Counted from the whole stretch's first letter, positions 48,217-61,751 are shown. The stretch: 63,746 bases of DNA, filler included, from Octopus bimaculoides (GCF_001194135.2; 5 parts of 4 records of this genome joined end to end with filler, not necessarily neighbours in it), one strand, 5' to 3'. Numbers and translations: made by a program. The notes: generated by a model not told the origin, from the sequence alone.

Positions 48217-48712
48217 TTGCTTCCCAACAACATGGTTCCGGGTTCAGTCCCACTGCGTGGCACCTTAAGCAAGTGCTTTCTACTAAAGCCTCGGGCCGAC
48301 CAAAGCCTTGTGAATGGATTTTGTAGACAGAAACTGGAGGAAGCCCGTCGTATATATATATATATNNNNNNNNNNNNNNNNNNNNNNNNNNNNNNNNNNN
48401 NNNNNNNNNNNNNNNNNATGTATGTATGTATGTATGTATGTACGTACGTATGTATGTATGTATGTATGTATGTATGTATGTATGTATGTATGTTTGTATG
48501 TATGTATTTCTGTGTGTTTGTCTGTGTTTGTCCCCCATCCCTGCCATCGCTTGACACTCGATGCTGGTGTGTTTATGTCCCCGTAACTTAGCGGTCCGGC
48601 AAAACAGCCCGATAGAATAAGTACTCGGCTTACAAAATATAAGTTCTGGGGTCGATTTCTTCGACTAACACCCTTTAAGGTAGTGCTCCAGCATGGCCGT
48701 AGTCAAATGACA
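48217..48712 (+). mobile_element. SINE family C
   Basis: GGTTCCGGGTTCAGTCCCACTGCGTGGCACCTT..., internal (TA)/(TATG)n, and 3' GTGCTCCAGCATGGCC. Confidence 0.9.
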
Positions 48713-48735
48713 GACAGACAGACAGACAGACAGAC

Positions 48736-48791
<56 letters not shown>

Positions 48792-49121
48792 GTTTCAATA
48801 ATTATTTTGTACATGTGCCTCAGAAATTTCCGATATTTTCAGGTGAAATTCAATGTAACGTTGTGACACTCATTCATTATTTTGTAAATAAAGATTTGAG
48901 AGATATTTGTAGACAAGCAAAAGCAAAGGCGGAATTAACAACAGCAATGTTAAGTGAAACGGCTCCAAGCGTCTTGACTGGCCGGAAGCCCAACTCTTAT
49001 TCCATAACTCTCGTCATATGCAGGGAACGGTGTATAATCGTTCTTTCGTACAGACTACAACTTCCTTGTAAACTAACCAACCCTCACCAGCCTCACTATG
49101 CCTTGTAACATTCAACGTAAT

Positions 49122-49223
<102 letters not shown>

Positions 49224-49427
49224 ACACACGCGCTCATGTTACATTAGTACGCAGTGACCGCGATGCACTCCCTCCCCACCTCAACTCCCTCCCGATTATA
49301 ATAGTGTTCTGTTTGTAATTCATCATAAAACAACATAGCATAAGCAGCAATAACAAAAACAACAACCATCACCAACACCACCACCAACAACAACAACAAC
49401 AGCACCAGCTACTACTACAACAACAAA

Positions 49428-49478
<51 letters not shown>

Positions 49479-49532
49479 CATCTGACCCCGATATTTTGAG
49501 GGGAAAATGACTTTATTACGTGTTTATTATTA

Positions 49533-49567
<35 letters not shown>

Positions 49568-50713
49568 TTCCTCCTCATCATCATCATCATCATCACCAAT
49601 TTATATTTATATATTTCATTTATTCATTTGATACACTTGTATACAACCATCCACATATACGCATACATACACAAGCACACACTCATATACACTCATGCAC
49701 ATACATGCAGACACACACACCCATACACCCAGATACACACATATACGCATGTACGTACATGTATGTGTCTTTGGATGTACAGATGGGATGAGGAAGTACT
49801 CAATACATATTATTCAAAAATGTTCATTTCCTCAGAGTAAAAATATGTAGAGCAACGAAACAGCACAAGACTTCTACTTCGACAACGAAATACCAGAAGA
49901 CTTCTACTTTGACTTGCACCTTGTACCGTTCCGTAAAACGTCCATACTTTGGAGTGTAACTTCAAGATAAGTTTTGGCACCGACTATGTTCTCAGGACAC
50001 CATAGTATATGATAGAGGTCAGCAATAACTAGGCCCGAGTCACACGTGGGTCATCGAGGCGTTCTCTGTAGGTTTCAGACCTTTTCTAAAATATTTTTCT
50101 ATTTAATGTATTTGTGGGGCATTGAACAGCTGCTTGCCGTGCATAGTCTTTTGTATAACAATTTGTTAAATTCTTGCTTTCATATGCATTACCAGTGATG
50201 CAAATGGGCAGAGGGAGACAAAAGAATATTTTTATATATAAGATAAAATATATTAATGTGTATAGGCCATAGTCAGGTGTAAAACTATCGAAAGAGGGCA
50301 ATTACAAAAAGAAGCTGCTAATCTATGTTGTAGAGAAATGCAATTCATACAGATTTTTTCCTTTCGCTCTACAAGTGTTTCAATTTTTTCCATCATCAAC
50401 ACCGTCTTTTAAAAGCCGAACAGACTTGAGAGTACGTGGATACACTCAGTATCCAAACTATGGTGTTTGGTTGACTACATTACGGTGAAAGAATGCGAAC
50501 TAAAGGGTGTGCTTAAACCCACTCAACAGAAACACGAAGCACGTTTTTGACTACATTATCATTCTCTCAAAGATAGATGTAGCATTGTCATGCAAGAATG
50601 ATGTCTACCATCATTCAAAACCGTCGTTGGGGACAAATTGAAACTACTCTTTATGATGAAAGTAAACAAACAAAGTTTGTTTTAGAAGCGTTGAGATGTA
50701 TTGAAAGGTAGAG

Positions 50714-50965
50714 AATTTTTTTTTTTTTTAATTCTCAAACGCGTGATAATGCTAATAGCGTGATCAAGTTAAATTATCCATACATTGCAGAAAAATACGT
50801 CACCGGCCAGCCATGAGACACGAACTCACATCCCTGTGATTACGCGTCAAGTGCTTTACCATTAAGCTGGCTGGCCGGTAACATATTTTTCTGCAATGTA
50901 TGGATAATTTATCCTGACCACGCTATTTATTAGCATTATCACGCGTTTGAGAATTAAAAAAAATT
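50714..50965. repeat. ~250-bp palindrome with ~90-bp arms and a tRNA-like sequence in the loop
   Basis: Left AATTCTCAAACGCGTGATAATGCTAA...AAATTATCCATACATTGCAGAAAAATACGTCACCGGCCAGCC matches the reverse complement of 50869-50955 with 5 substitutions and one 4-nt indel. Confidence 0.95.
50806..50875 (-). pseudogene. tRNA-Thr(CGT)-like sequence, probably a pseudogene
   Basis: GCCAGCC-A-GCTT-AATGGTA-AAGC-A-CTTGA-CG-CGT-AA-TCACA-GGGAT-GTGAG-TTCGTGT-CTCAT-GGCTGGC: 7-bp acceptor, D and T arms fold. U8 is missing, position 33 is G and the anticodon stem is imperfect. T5 run 11 nt downstream. Confidence 0.6.
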
Positions 50966-51179
50966 TACTCTTTATGAGTGAAAGCTGACCAGACTTATCG
51001 ACGAAATTGACGTCTCGCCATCAATTACAGCTTCTTTACATCAATGTTAAATGATGCAACATATAAACTTCAAAATGATATACTTAAGTGTGTCAAATGC
51101 AAACGCCAGGGATTGCTAGTAATCTTGAAATTTTAAATCTACTTAAAAAGTGTCACCAAACAAACTGGCCAGGTATCAC

Positions 51180-51340
51180 GAGGAAAGCATCTCGCTCTAA
51201 AAGGTTGATCTGTTTCACAACAATATACGCTGCAATATACAATGAAATTTCGTCAGCTTGAGGATGCTGCAAACAGACACAACCTGAAAACCTTGTATAG
51301 TGGTTTGGAAGCTATCAACCGTTCCAGACTGTTTCATTTG
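51180..51340 (+). pseudogene. Ancient RTE-like LINE fragment
   Basis: QLEDAANRHNLKTLYSGLEAI resembles the RTE inter-domain motif. Confidence 0.35.
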
Positions 51341-52464
51341 TACTTGTGTGCTACCCTTGTGGAACAGTGTTTCTGTCGGGGAAAGACGACATCATAAAAA
51401 GTTGGCGAGTAGCATTGAACTTTTAATTGATGAAGTGTATCCCCGTCTTGAGAAACTCTACATGGTTATTCAACTTGCAAAACAAAGACGCCAACTCTTA
51501 CTAAAAACTCTTTTGACGTTTTAAAAAATTGAAGGGCATCTTGGATAATATAGTCCTGAGTATACAATAAGACGAAACAGACACTGTTGGCATGTCTATG
51601 ATCATAGCCCCATTCGATTAAAGCTGATCAAGGAAAAAAAACAACAAAAGCAACAACTTTATTTCCTGTTACCAACAAACAACGCTGAGGTTCTAACCAG
51701 TTATTATAGAGAATTTTCAAGCGAGTCGCCGAGTTAGCATAGCATTATGGCATTCCTACTGAACTATAAAAGTTCCGGGTTCTGTTCTTTACCATGAAAC
51801 TAACCCAGCTATTTCAAACCTGCTGTGTAAAATGAAGGCCCGAGAAAACGCGACAAAAACCGTATCGTGTCACTTTTGTTAAACGTAAGAGTAATGTCGT
51901 CAGTGACAGGTCTCAGTTTCGAGCGATGAAAATTCTGACATCGGATGACTTACAATAAATATTTAAATGAAGTTAACAGTCTATGTGTGTTTCTGAATGG
52001 CTGCTATAGTTTTAGTCTCAACCCAGATGTGTACTTGCCCGGCAAGTACACCGTCGTAAGGTAAATATATTTATACCGTTCAGTATTCACTTATGACAAA
52101 CCTCCCCCTTTCTTTTTTTTCTCTCCCCCCTCCTCTCTCTCTCTCTCACTCTACTTAATCTAAACGCTTTCAGTTTATGTCAGACTATGTTTCATTAGTA
52201 ATATCTAATATGATCAAAACATGTCCAAAGCTGTTACTCGACTGTTGAAGGCCATTCTCACTCGCTATTGCATTCCATATTTAATTCATTTTTATTTACG
52301 GAGGTACTTTGCCCCTAAACTTTGCAGACCCTACTAGATTGTTTTATAAATATTTCTTGAGTTGTCTCCCGTGTTCTTCTAAACTAAACTTAATAATTCA
52401 GATTATAGTTGTTCTCATCACCAAGGATTTAATTTTAATAAATTAAAGCTCATTTCATATATCA

Positions 52465-52848
52465 TTTATCTTTTATCATTAACTTGTTCCAGCCATTGGA
52501 GTGCGGCCATACTGGAGCACCACCTTGAAGGGTTTAAACGAACAAATCGAACGCACTTGTCAAGCGGTAGTGGAGGATAAACGTATACACAAAGACACAC
52601 ACAGATACATACATACATACTTACATACATGCATACATACATACATACATACATACATACATACATACATACATGTGTGGGTGGGGGTATGTCGGTCGTC
52701 TTTCAGTTTCCATCAACAAAATCCACTTGCAAGGCTTTGGTTGTCCCAGGATTATAGTAGAAGACACTTGCCCAATGTATCATGCAGTTGGACTAAACCC
52801 GGAACTATGTTGCTGGGAAACTTTTTACCACACACTCACCTCTGCTCC
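52465..52848 (-). mobile_element. SINE family C
   Basis: CCATACTGGAGCACCACC and AATCCACTTGCAAGGCTTTGGT...AGTAGAAGACACTTGCCCAA. Confidence 0.85.
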
Positions 52849-52955
52849 TTTATATATATATATATATGCATCAGATACCATTTGTCGACACTCACCATTT
52901 CCTTCTACTTTTACTTTCTCTTTTTACACACTCTCACACTCTCTCTCTCACACTT

Positions 52956-52999
<44 letters not shown>

Positions 53000-53001
<2 letters not shown>

Positions 53002-53222
53002 TCATCATCATCATCATCGTTTAACGTCCGCTTTCCATGCTAGCATGGGTTGGACGATTTGACTGAGGACTGGTGAAACCGGATGGCAACACCAGGCTCC
53101 AGTCTGATTTGGCAGAGTTTCTACAGCTGGATGCCCTTCCTAACGCCAACCACTCAGAGAGTGTAGTGGGTGCTTTTACGTGTCACCCGCACGAAAACGG
53201 CCACGCTCGAAATGGTGTCTTT
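53000..53222 (-). mobile_element. RTE 3' end, truncated by the linker
   Basis: (CAT)nCGTTTAACGTCCGCTTTCCATGCTAGCATGGGTTGGACG. Confidence 0.9.
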
Positions 53223-53322
53223 NNNNNNNNNNNNNNNNNNNNNNNNNNNNNNNNNNNNNNNNNNNNTTAATTAATTAANNNNNNNNNNNNNNNNNNNNNN
53301 NNNNNNNNNNNNNNNNNNNNNN
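53223..53322. other. Artificial assembly linker
   Basis: 44N-TTAATTAATTAA-44N. Confidence 0.97.
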
Positions 53323-53377
<55 letters not shown>

Positions 53378-53411
53378 ATGTATGTATGTGCGTACATACA
53401 CGCCTGTATGT

Positions 53412-53797
53412 ATCTTTTATCTTTAACTTGTTTCAGTCTCTTGACTGCGGTCATACTGGAGCATCCCCTTGGAAAGTATAGTCGGACGTATTAACTCCAG
53501 TGCTTATTGCTTCAAGTGTGGAGCATATTCTACCGGTTCTTTTGCCGAAACGCCAGGTAAACAAGCTAACATAGTTGTCAAGCGGTGGAGAGGTAGGGCG
53601 GGACAAACACAAAGACTCATACATAGATATATTTACACACACAACGGGCTTCTTTATTGTTTCCGTTTACCAAATCCATTCACATAGCTTTGGTCGGCCC
53701 GAAGTTAGAGTAGAAGACACCTGCCCAAGATACCACGCTGTGGGACTGGAACCCGAATCCATATGGCTGGAATGCAAACTTCTTATCACATAGCCAT
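53412..53797 (-). mobile_element. SINE family C
   Basis: Aligns with 56231-56694. Confidence 0.85.
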
Positions 53798-54392
53798 TTT
53801 TTTTCTTTTGGTGAGGCGTTTGAGATTTTCGTAATTAATTTTCATGTATTCAAGGTTGCGATAGATATTTTAGTAAATTTAGCTTATATCAATTTGTCTA
53901 GTGACGATGTAAAAGTATTGCTTAGGGTTGTTTTCTTTGAACTCGAGGTCGCCATATACAAAACATGGTCGATTATGTCCGATAGCATTTCTATCCAGTC
54001 CAGTTACTCTTCGTTTGTTCAATCTGTATGGCATACGAGCTGTTTATTGTGTTGTTATAGTTTGTCACAAATGTCCAGATGCTGCATATGCTTTTAAAAT
54101 ATTCCTCTCCAAAATTCTTCAACTTATCTTGCTATTGACGCTGCATTGATTTCTGATCAGTTATTTTCAAGTTTTTAATAGCATTGCCTTAGGTCGGAAT
54201 CTGATTATTTTATTGAAATGATTAATGCCTTTTTGTGTCTATTACAACAGATTTGGCGGGGATGTTTTGCTTTTGCTGAATTTTTTTTATATTCTTTTCT
54301 TTTTGAAACTTAACGGTGTTCTCTTTTCTCAGGTCTTTCAATTTCGACTTTTGTGTCGTGTTTTTGTAGTTATTCTCTCTTTCTTTCTGTCG

Positions 54393-54434
<42 letters not shown>

Positions 54435-54635
54435 TTCTATGAACCCGATATGAACCCGAGACCGTATTATTTGAAAACAAGTTTCTTACCACACAGCTAA
54501 GCTACGCCCTTGCTGTTGATTTCATAAAGAAACAAGAAATTTCGAATGTATATTCAATCTTTCTTTCTATGTTTCTTTTCCGCCTTGCCTACATACGTTT
54601 TGATCCTCTTATATGAGAAGATACGAGGTAGTATA

Positions 54636-55586
54636 CAGGGTACAATGGGTAAATTGTCGCCATTATATATTTTCCATTTCGCGCATGCGCACTGTTCTTG
54701 GTTTTGTAGTCTACACAGTATAGTAGGGTCAGTTGGGTACTGTTTGTGAGAAAAACAGCACCATGATCCAATTCACTCTGCCAGAAACTTGGAAACGACA
54801 TGCTGTACTGCTTGGCATTCACGCCAGAAGCTTCAGCACGAACATTTCAGAGTGTTTGGGTGCATTGACACATTTCAGAGCGTTTGGGTGGCATCCGCTC
54901 CTGAAGCTCCAATTCGAACAGATGGTGAATACACAGAGCCACCGTTGACTTGCCATGTCCCCAAAACATGTACCGAGAGTGATAAAAATCAAACATCCAG
55001 TCAACGCCATGGTGTTTCAAGTGATCACTAGTGATGGCGATGTTATGCCTCCATTCATCTTCCCACACAGAGGCCTACATCAATACGGAGGCCTACATCA
55101 AGTGACTGGAGGAGGTAGTGCTGCCCTGGGGGAAGAGGGTGACTGCTAGAAGACCCTATATCTGGCAACATGACTCTGCACCATGCCACATAAGCAGAAG
55201 AAATCAATCAGACAATTTCTACGACCACATCACCCCTAACATCTGGCTACCTAACTTCCCAGACTGCAACCCCATTGATTATTATGTGTGGGGCTCAGTT
55301 GATCTAGAGACCAACGAAACTCCTTGTAAGACCAAAGATTAGCTGAAGGCAAGGATTATGGTATCACTCACAACTCACCAAGGACACCATCCAGAAGAAT
55401 TGCAAGAGATTCCGAAGTCGTCTGGAGACCATGGTTGAAGCCAATGGCAAATTTATTGAATAAATTTACTATTTAGTATTTCAAGATGCTTTTATGTAAT
55501 TTTGGTAAATATACCTGTTAACATGAGACGTCAGTTTTATTTTCATTTTTGCGTAAATTAGACGACAATTTATTTTCTTCACCCTG
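54636..55586 (+). mobile_element. maT (DD37D-type) Tc1/mariner transposon, internally deleted
   Basis: TA|CAGGGT...TAAATTGTCG TIR at both ends. Peptides AMVFQVITSDGDVMPPFIF and WQHDSAPCHIS...WLPNFPDCNPIDYYVWG. Confidence 0.85.
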
Positions 55587-56230
55587 TATATATCTTTCTA
55601 ACTTCTGTGGCTGCCACGTGTATTATTCCTTGAACATTCTAAGGATATTGATATTTGAATCTGTTTCCATTGAGTTTATAATGGCTAGATTTGTATGTTT
55701 TATTGCTATTGCTATAGTATCATTAAGTTTTTGTCTTCGGGTTTGATTTTCGTTAGTCGATACAAAGATGTATCGATTTTTAACTGTTTAAATGTTCCTG
55801 GCATCAGATTAATTTCATAATTAAAATTTCTATTTATAGAGTTTCATATTCTGAAATCTTAGTTCTATTCTTAAAACAAAGAGGGGATACACATACACGC
55901 ACAAATACACATGCACACATATTTTTACGGTTGAAGCTTCAATCATGCAATGTTGTCGTTTAAATCAAATAATACACTTCTGTTTTAAAATATGTATTTT
56001 CCTCTGACACATCACCTTATCTTATGTCTAATACGACTACATTCCTCATATTTTCTATGACGTACATGTTAATTCATAAGCTAATTTCCGAAGTTTTGCA
56101 ATTGTTCCAGTCTCGTTACATTTTTCTCTTTGTCAGACGGGATATCTTAACATGATGCGTAGTCTGTAGTGCATTCTCTTTGTGTGTGTCTGTGTGTACC
56201 CGCGTGTATGTGTGTAATAGTTATATATCT

Positions 56231-56429
56231 ATAGGAGTGGCTGTGTGGTAAGTAGCTTGCTTACGAACCACATGGTTCCGGGTTCAGTCCCACTGCGTGA
56301 CACCTTGGGCAGGTGTCTTCTACTATAGCCTCGGGCCGACCAAAGCCTTGTGAGTGGATTTGGTAGACGGAAACTGAAAGAAGCCCGTCGTATATATGTA
56401 TATATATGTATATATATATNNNNNNNNNN

Positions 56430-56487
<58 letters not shown>

Positions 56488-56694
56488 TGTGTCTGTTTGT
56501 CCCCCCCAACATCGCTTGACAACCGATGCTGGTGTGTTTACGTCCCCGTAACTTAACGGTTCGGCTAAAGAGACCGATAGAATAAGTACTAGGTTTTACA
56601 AGAAATAAGTCCTGGGTTGATTAGCGCGACTAAAAGGCGGTGCTCCAGCAGGGCCACAGTCAAATGACTGAAACAAGTAAAAGAGTAAAAGAGA
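56231..56694 (+). mobile_element. SINE family C, complete
   Basis: tRNA-like head GGAGTGGCTGTGTGGTAAG...GGTTCAGTCCC, CORE-like CCTTGGGCAGGTGTCTT, internal microsatellite and (GTAAAAGA) tail. Confidence 0.92.
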
Positions 56695-56699
56695 GTATA

Positions 56700-58395
56700 T
56701 TAAAACAACAAGAGCATAGTAAACTTGCCGTGAAGAGTTAAAAACCCAACATTTCACACACAATTCTTCATCAAGGGAAAAGTTGAGAAGAGAAAAATAA
56801 TTAATGAGATACGGTAGAGACTTATATCCTATAATGTAGGGAAAAAAACTGGCTGCAACGGATGAGGAACGAGAGAACAAAAAATCTCCATAACTGAACA
56901 AGAAACGGGAGGAGAAAAACTATAAGAAGGTACAATAGAAGTGTAGTATTAATGACGAAAAGCGGGCAGTGTTGTAAGTGAGATGAAGGGGGAAATGAGG
57001 AGAGATGAGATTTGAGTAATAAGAAAGGGTTTAAGGAACTAAAAGATGGTGTAGGTATAAGAGGAAAAACATTTCATTTAAACCTGTCGGTGATATGGTG
57101 CCGAATTTACTTATAAAGCGTTGTTACCTCCGTTTTGTTAAGAATGCAGAAACATGGTGCACAGTAATACACGCTGATAAGTCAGTATACTTTGAATATG
57201 CTCCCGAAAGCAATCAACAAGTCGTCGACCTGTTTATTCGACGTAAAGGGCGCCCCATAGTTTGCATATGATGCAATATATAAGGTTAGACAATGTTTTA
57301 TACAAGTTCTGGGTAATATCATGTTGTGTGTTATACCCTGTGATGTTTGTATTGTTAATGTTGGGGTAGATGTAGGATCGGTGATGATTGTATGTAAAAG
57401 TGCCTCGTTGTGTGGGGATGGGTGCTGCAGAACTTCGCTCTTGGAGATTTCCGAAGAAATTATCTTCTTTAAAAATTGATGTGAGGTAGTTCGGGCAAAA
57501 TTCTAGAGGTTATGTGGTTGAAATTAGAATATAGAAGTTGTATGTGAGTTTATCATTCAATGGGAAAACGATGAATTATAAAGACGAGAGAAAAAGTGAG
57601 AGTGAATGTGAATAAAAACTGTAGGAAAACAATGACACGGACGACTGCCTGGGCCCAGCAGATTACTGGGTCCAAGAGTAATCCGGTGTACTCTCGATTC
57701 AGGAAGAATTTTCAAGTTGTTGAGCATTGAATTCAAAATCTGAATCAATGCTTCAGAGAAGGATAAAGTGAAGGAATTGAATGTTATGGAAGATTTAATT
57801 TTGTGGGTGAGAATAAAGGCAGAGTGAGACTCAGTGGGTTTGTAGTGGACAGAGGTGGCGATATAGATACTATTTACTGGGATTGAGATACCTAGATCCC
57901 TAACAGAACTATCGGATACCGTGGAGGTAAATTTCAAGACAGGAAGAAAGGCGTCAGCGAAAGAGATAAAGTTGTTGAGCCGTTATCTGTTAACAGTGAT
58001 GGCGCCGACAATGTTGTCGAAATAACGACCATATTGTTCAGGTATGGGTCTACTGAGCAAATATTAGCTCTTTAATATTGCCTACAAATAATATGGCGTA
58101 ACTGGGGACCATTCTAGTTCAATAGCTTCATTGCTAACATGTTTATAATTTTTCCCAGGGAAGTAAATTTCTTCTCAATCCATTACTCTTTCCTTCTTCA
58201 ATTTTAAAATAGTTGAAGCTCACGTGGATCTGCTTCCTTATCAGTTGCGGCCAGTTTTTCTAAGTTTGAGGATCTAAGACTTTGCTGTGTCTCATTAATT
58301 TCTCTCCTTTCAATTTTTCCCCCTGAAGAAAAATTGTGTTCGAAACGTTGGATTTTTTCATTTCTCACGACAAGTTAACTGTACTTTGTTTTTTT
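56700..58395 (-). mobile_element. Penelope-like element (RT C-terminal half plus GIY-YIG) with inverted pseudo-LTRs
   Basis: GRYFDNIVG (RYxDD-like), TSVHYKPTESH, and LSNLIYCIICKLWGALYVE*TGRRLVDCFREH. 56705-56880 (- strand) is homologous to 58225-58395 (+ strand). Confidence 0.88.
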
Positions 58396-60719
58396 ATGGA
58401 TTTTGCTACGCAGGAGAACAACAACCTGATTGAAGTCCGTTCGATTTGATAAAAGTGGAATTGAATTTTATATGTAAACTGCTCTAAATCACATTGTTCT
58501 TGCTACCTTACATTAAAGTTTGGTTTCCGTATTCGATATAGAACAAGAATTACGTACATGACGTAAATATTATCGATTTCCTGCACAAAGTCAATACTAT
58601 TGATCCCTAATTGATAGATATATCTGATAGAAACTTGTGTTATAGTTTTTGTTGTTATTCACCTCTCCTTCACCAGCGTCACCATCAGTTCTATCTTGAT
58701 TGAGGAGACATATGATCAAAGGTTAAGATGACCTCTAATATTCTGTTATGATGACCCCCTAATATTATGGAACATAACAGACTAAATTATCTAATGACAT
58801 TCCCTTTCTTAAGAGAGGGTGTGATTTGAAAATTTTTAGACTGATATTTCAAGCAGATCGAGTATCCACTTAGAGACTCACTGTTGTCTATGGCAGTCGT
58901 TGTTAAATTCTAGGTCACTCTTGATCCAGCAGATTTAAGATCGAAGACATTTCAGCTTTGACCAGCCTACCTTTTCCTCAATATCTAGAAATTCATTATT
59001 TAATGTTTGGGTTGATGTAGGATTGGCTGTTATTTCTAGCAAGTTGTAGAGGTAACTTAGTCAGTAATTCGTAGAAGTAAATAGGTATTTATGGATTTAT
59101 GCATCCATCCACTTGTTTCTTTGTCTAATAAATACATGAACTAACCCTCTGAAGATATCAATAGCCTATAGCAGAATCAGAAAAATATTTTTTTATTTCT
59201 TCTGTTCTGTACAAATCTACAACTATTAATTTCCTTTCTAGTGGTTTATGAACATGCTATTCATAGCGTAACCATGAAATGTTCACCTGTCTTTGCCAAA
59301 TATTTAATATTTGACATTTATCCTTGTAATCGGTAGAGCTTGAAGCTTAGATGTTTGCAACAGATTTCTGTGTAGCTGTAGGATAGTCCTTCAGCTAAAT
59401 ATTTTTGTAGTGTTACATGATGTTCTGTATATCCGCTTATTTTAATGTAAGATTCTGTAAGTGTGAAAGTATGGTGAAAATGTATAAGTAATAATGTGAC
59501 TTCTTGGTATGCTATTTTAAAATCAGGTAAACGGTCTTTATATGTAAAAAATTGCTACTCTCGTGTTTCATTACGAGTGTTTTGCGTTGTTTGTATATAA
59601 AGCAGAAATTCATTTACATCAACAATATTACACTGTTATACAAATGGTACCTAACTCAATTATTTGTACACCCATCACCTGACTGTGACAACTGTATGGA
59701 CATTCAAGAATTCTGTGTTGTTACGATATGTTTCATGAACGTTTGAGCGTTGCTGTGAAAATAAACCCCATGTTGAAATCAGTGCTCTCAACAATCGCGA
59801 AGAAATATTAAACTGAGTAAAGACAAGTTTAAATCGTAGAACAAAGCCAAGCACGGCTGCATGGCTACTGTTCAAAGTCCGGCCAGTTACAGCGTCTTCT
59901 TCAGGGATTGGATTGCTATAATTTGCCACGGTACCTGTTTGCTGGTCAAACTAAGTGGCCACATTTTAGAATCATTTCACACTTCTCGCTCGGTTGTCAA
60001 ATATTTCTCCATCATATCTTTCCCGTACGTTTCGGCACTGGGCCCTACTGTTGGATAATTGAAGACATTATCTCACTGAAAGTCTGTATCTGCCTTTGTG
60101 GTTACTTCTGTTGCTGCACCCAAAGTCTGGTTAAAATGCACAAACTCTGGTTTGAACCAGCCTTTCAAGAATAGAAGAATTGTGTATAAGTCGCGAGCAT
60201 AGTTATCAGTTTCACTCAGGTGAGCTGAAAGTTTCTCTGAAAGTTTAAATGGAAGTGACCAATAGGTACACCGTTCGTTGGTGTATAATAACATCTGGAA
60301 TGAACATAGTATTTCTTGTCTTATGAAAAATCTGGCCTGATGGAAACGCATGTTTTTCGCTTTTCCTTTCTCTTTTTTTTTTTTTGTTTTGTTTTGAAGA
60401 TACAGGTACCTCTAGTCAGAAGAGCAGTAAGTTAAACATCTACTGCGCAGTGGCTTACACTGCTGTCATTAATGGTGCACGTTACGCGTTTAAGCTAACC
60501 CACCTGGACGTATCCCGAAACCATTGCAGTAACGATCACAGTGAACAGGTGAAAAACACTTTTCAATTGACAACATCTTCCTGAAGGTTGTCTCCTTGAG
60601 CAAGTTGCAGTCCTAGATCAAGTGCTGCTCAAGGATGAGCTTTCAGCATCTGCAATTTTGCTCGATATCTTCTCAACTAGCAATCGAATAACGCGGTTGG
60701 TATGAACATGAACCTTTGT

Positions 60720-60990
60720 TCCATGTTCGTACCATTTTCCCGCCTTCCCCAATCCAAACCTATTACATAGTTCCCAATAAGTCGTTCTGGCGATATTGTC
60801 ATGGCTCCTTTTGTATTCTCTCTGAACCAATTTACTGCATTCGGTTAAAATATTCCACATTGTATTTCCAGTTTCGCCTCACATTCTGCATTTGACAGAT
60901 TCCGAGGCGTAGTCAGTTCTGTAGCTTGTTCTGAACGCTTATTTCTGCGCAGCACATATCCGGGCTTCTCTTTCAGGTTTCAGGTCACGT
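60720..60990 (-). pseudogene. Dong/R4-like zinc-knuckle fragment
   Basis: DLKPEREARICAAQK*...KCRMCE...WNILTECSKLVQREYKRSHDNIA...KWYEH. Confidence 0.85.
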
Positions 60991-61074
60991 TTTTGTTTTT
61001 ATATAACTATATTCATCTTTTATCTAAAACCTATGTTGCTTGGTATCTCTCTCAAGAACTCCCTAGGCATTACC

Positions 61075-61114
<40 letters not shown>

Positions 61115-61270
61115 TATTGTTGTTGTCGTTGTCATTGGTTTTGTTGTTTCAGTAGCAGCAGTAGCAGCAGCGGCAGCTTTAGAGGTAGTAGAAGCAGTAG
61201 TAGCAGCAGCGGTATTTGTAGCAGTAGTAGTAGCACCAGCAGTTGGAGGAGTAGTAGCGCCACTAGCAGC
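61075..61270. repeat. (GTA)n/(GCA)n trinucleotide field
   Basis: Directly visible. Confidence 0.9.
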
Positions 61271-61550
61271 ACCATTGAGGTGAAGTGAAGCGTGATATAA
61301 AGTAGGAAAATCGAAGAACTGTCAGGTAAATTTGTAATGTGTGAAGTTCACAAGACAGCGTTCAAAGGAAATGCCTACATTTTGTGAAAAATAAGATCGA
61401 TAAAGTATAAAGGAAAAAAAAAGTTAGCAGACAGGCTTATGACGACAAATCTAGCCGACTTAAAGTAACAGAATAGTTTCAGTAGGATATATTTTGTTAT
61501 ATCTTAAACAGGGCATGCTAATAGTAACAGCAACAACAACAACAACAACA

Positions 61551-61596
<46 letters not shown>

Positions 61597-61677
61597 CGAT
61601 GATGATGACGAATCGTGTCTATGTTTAATTATAGATGAAAGTGATCTGCCTATATCACAAGTTGTAAAGCAACATGC

Positions 61678-61751
<74 letters not shown>

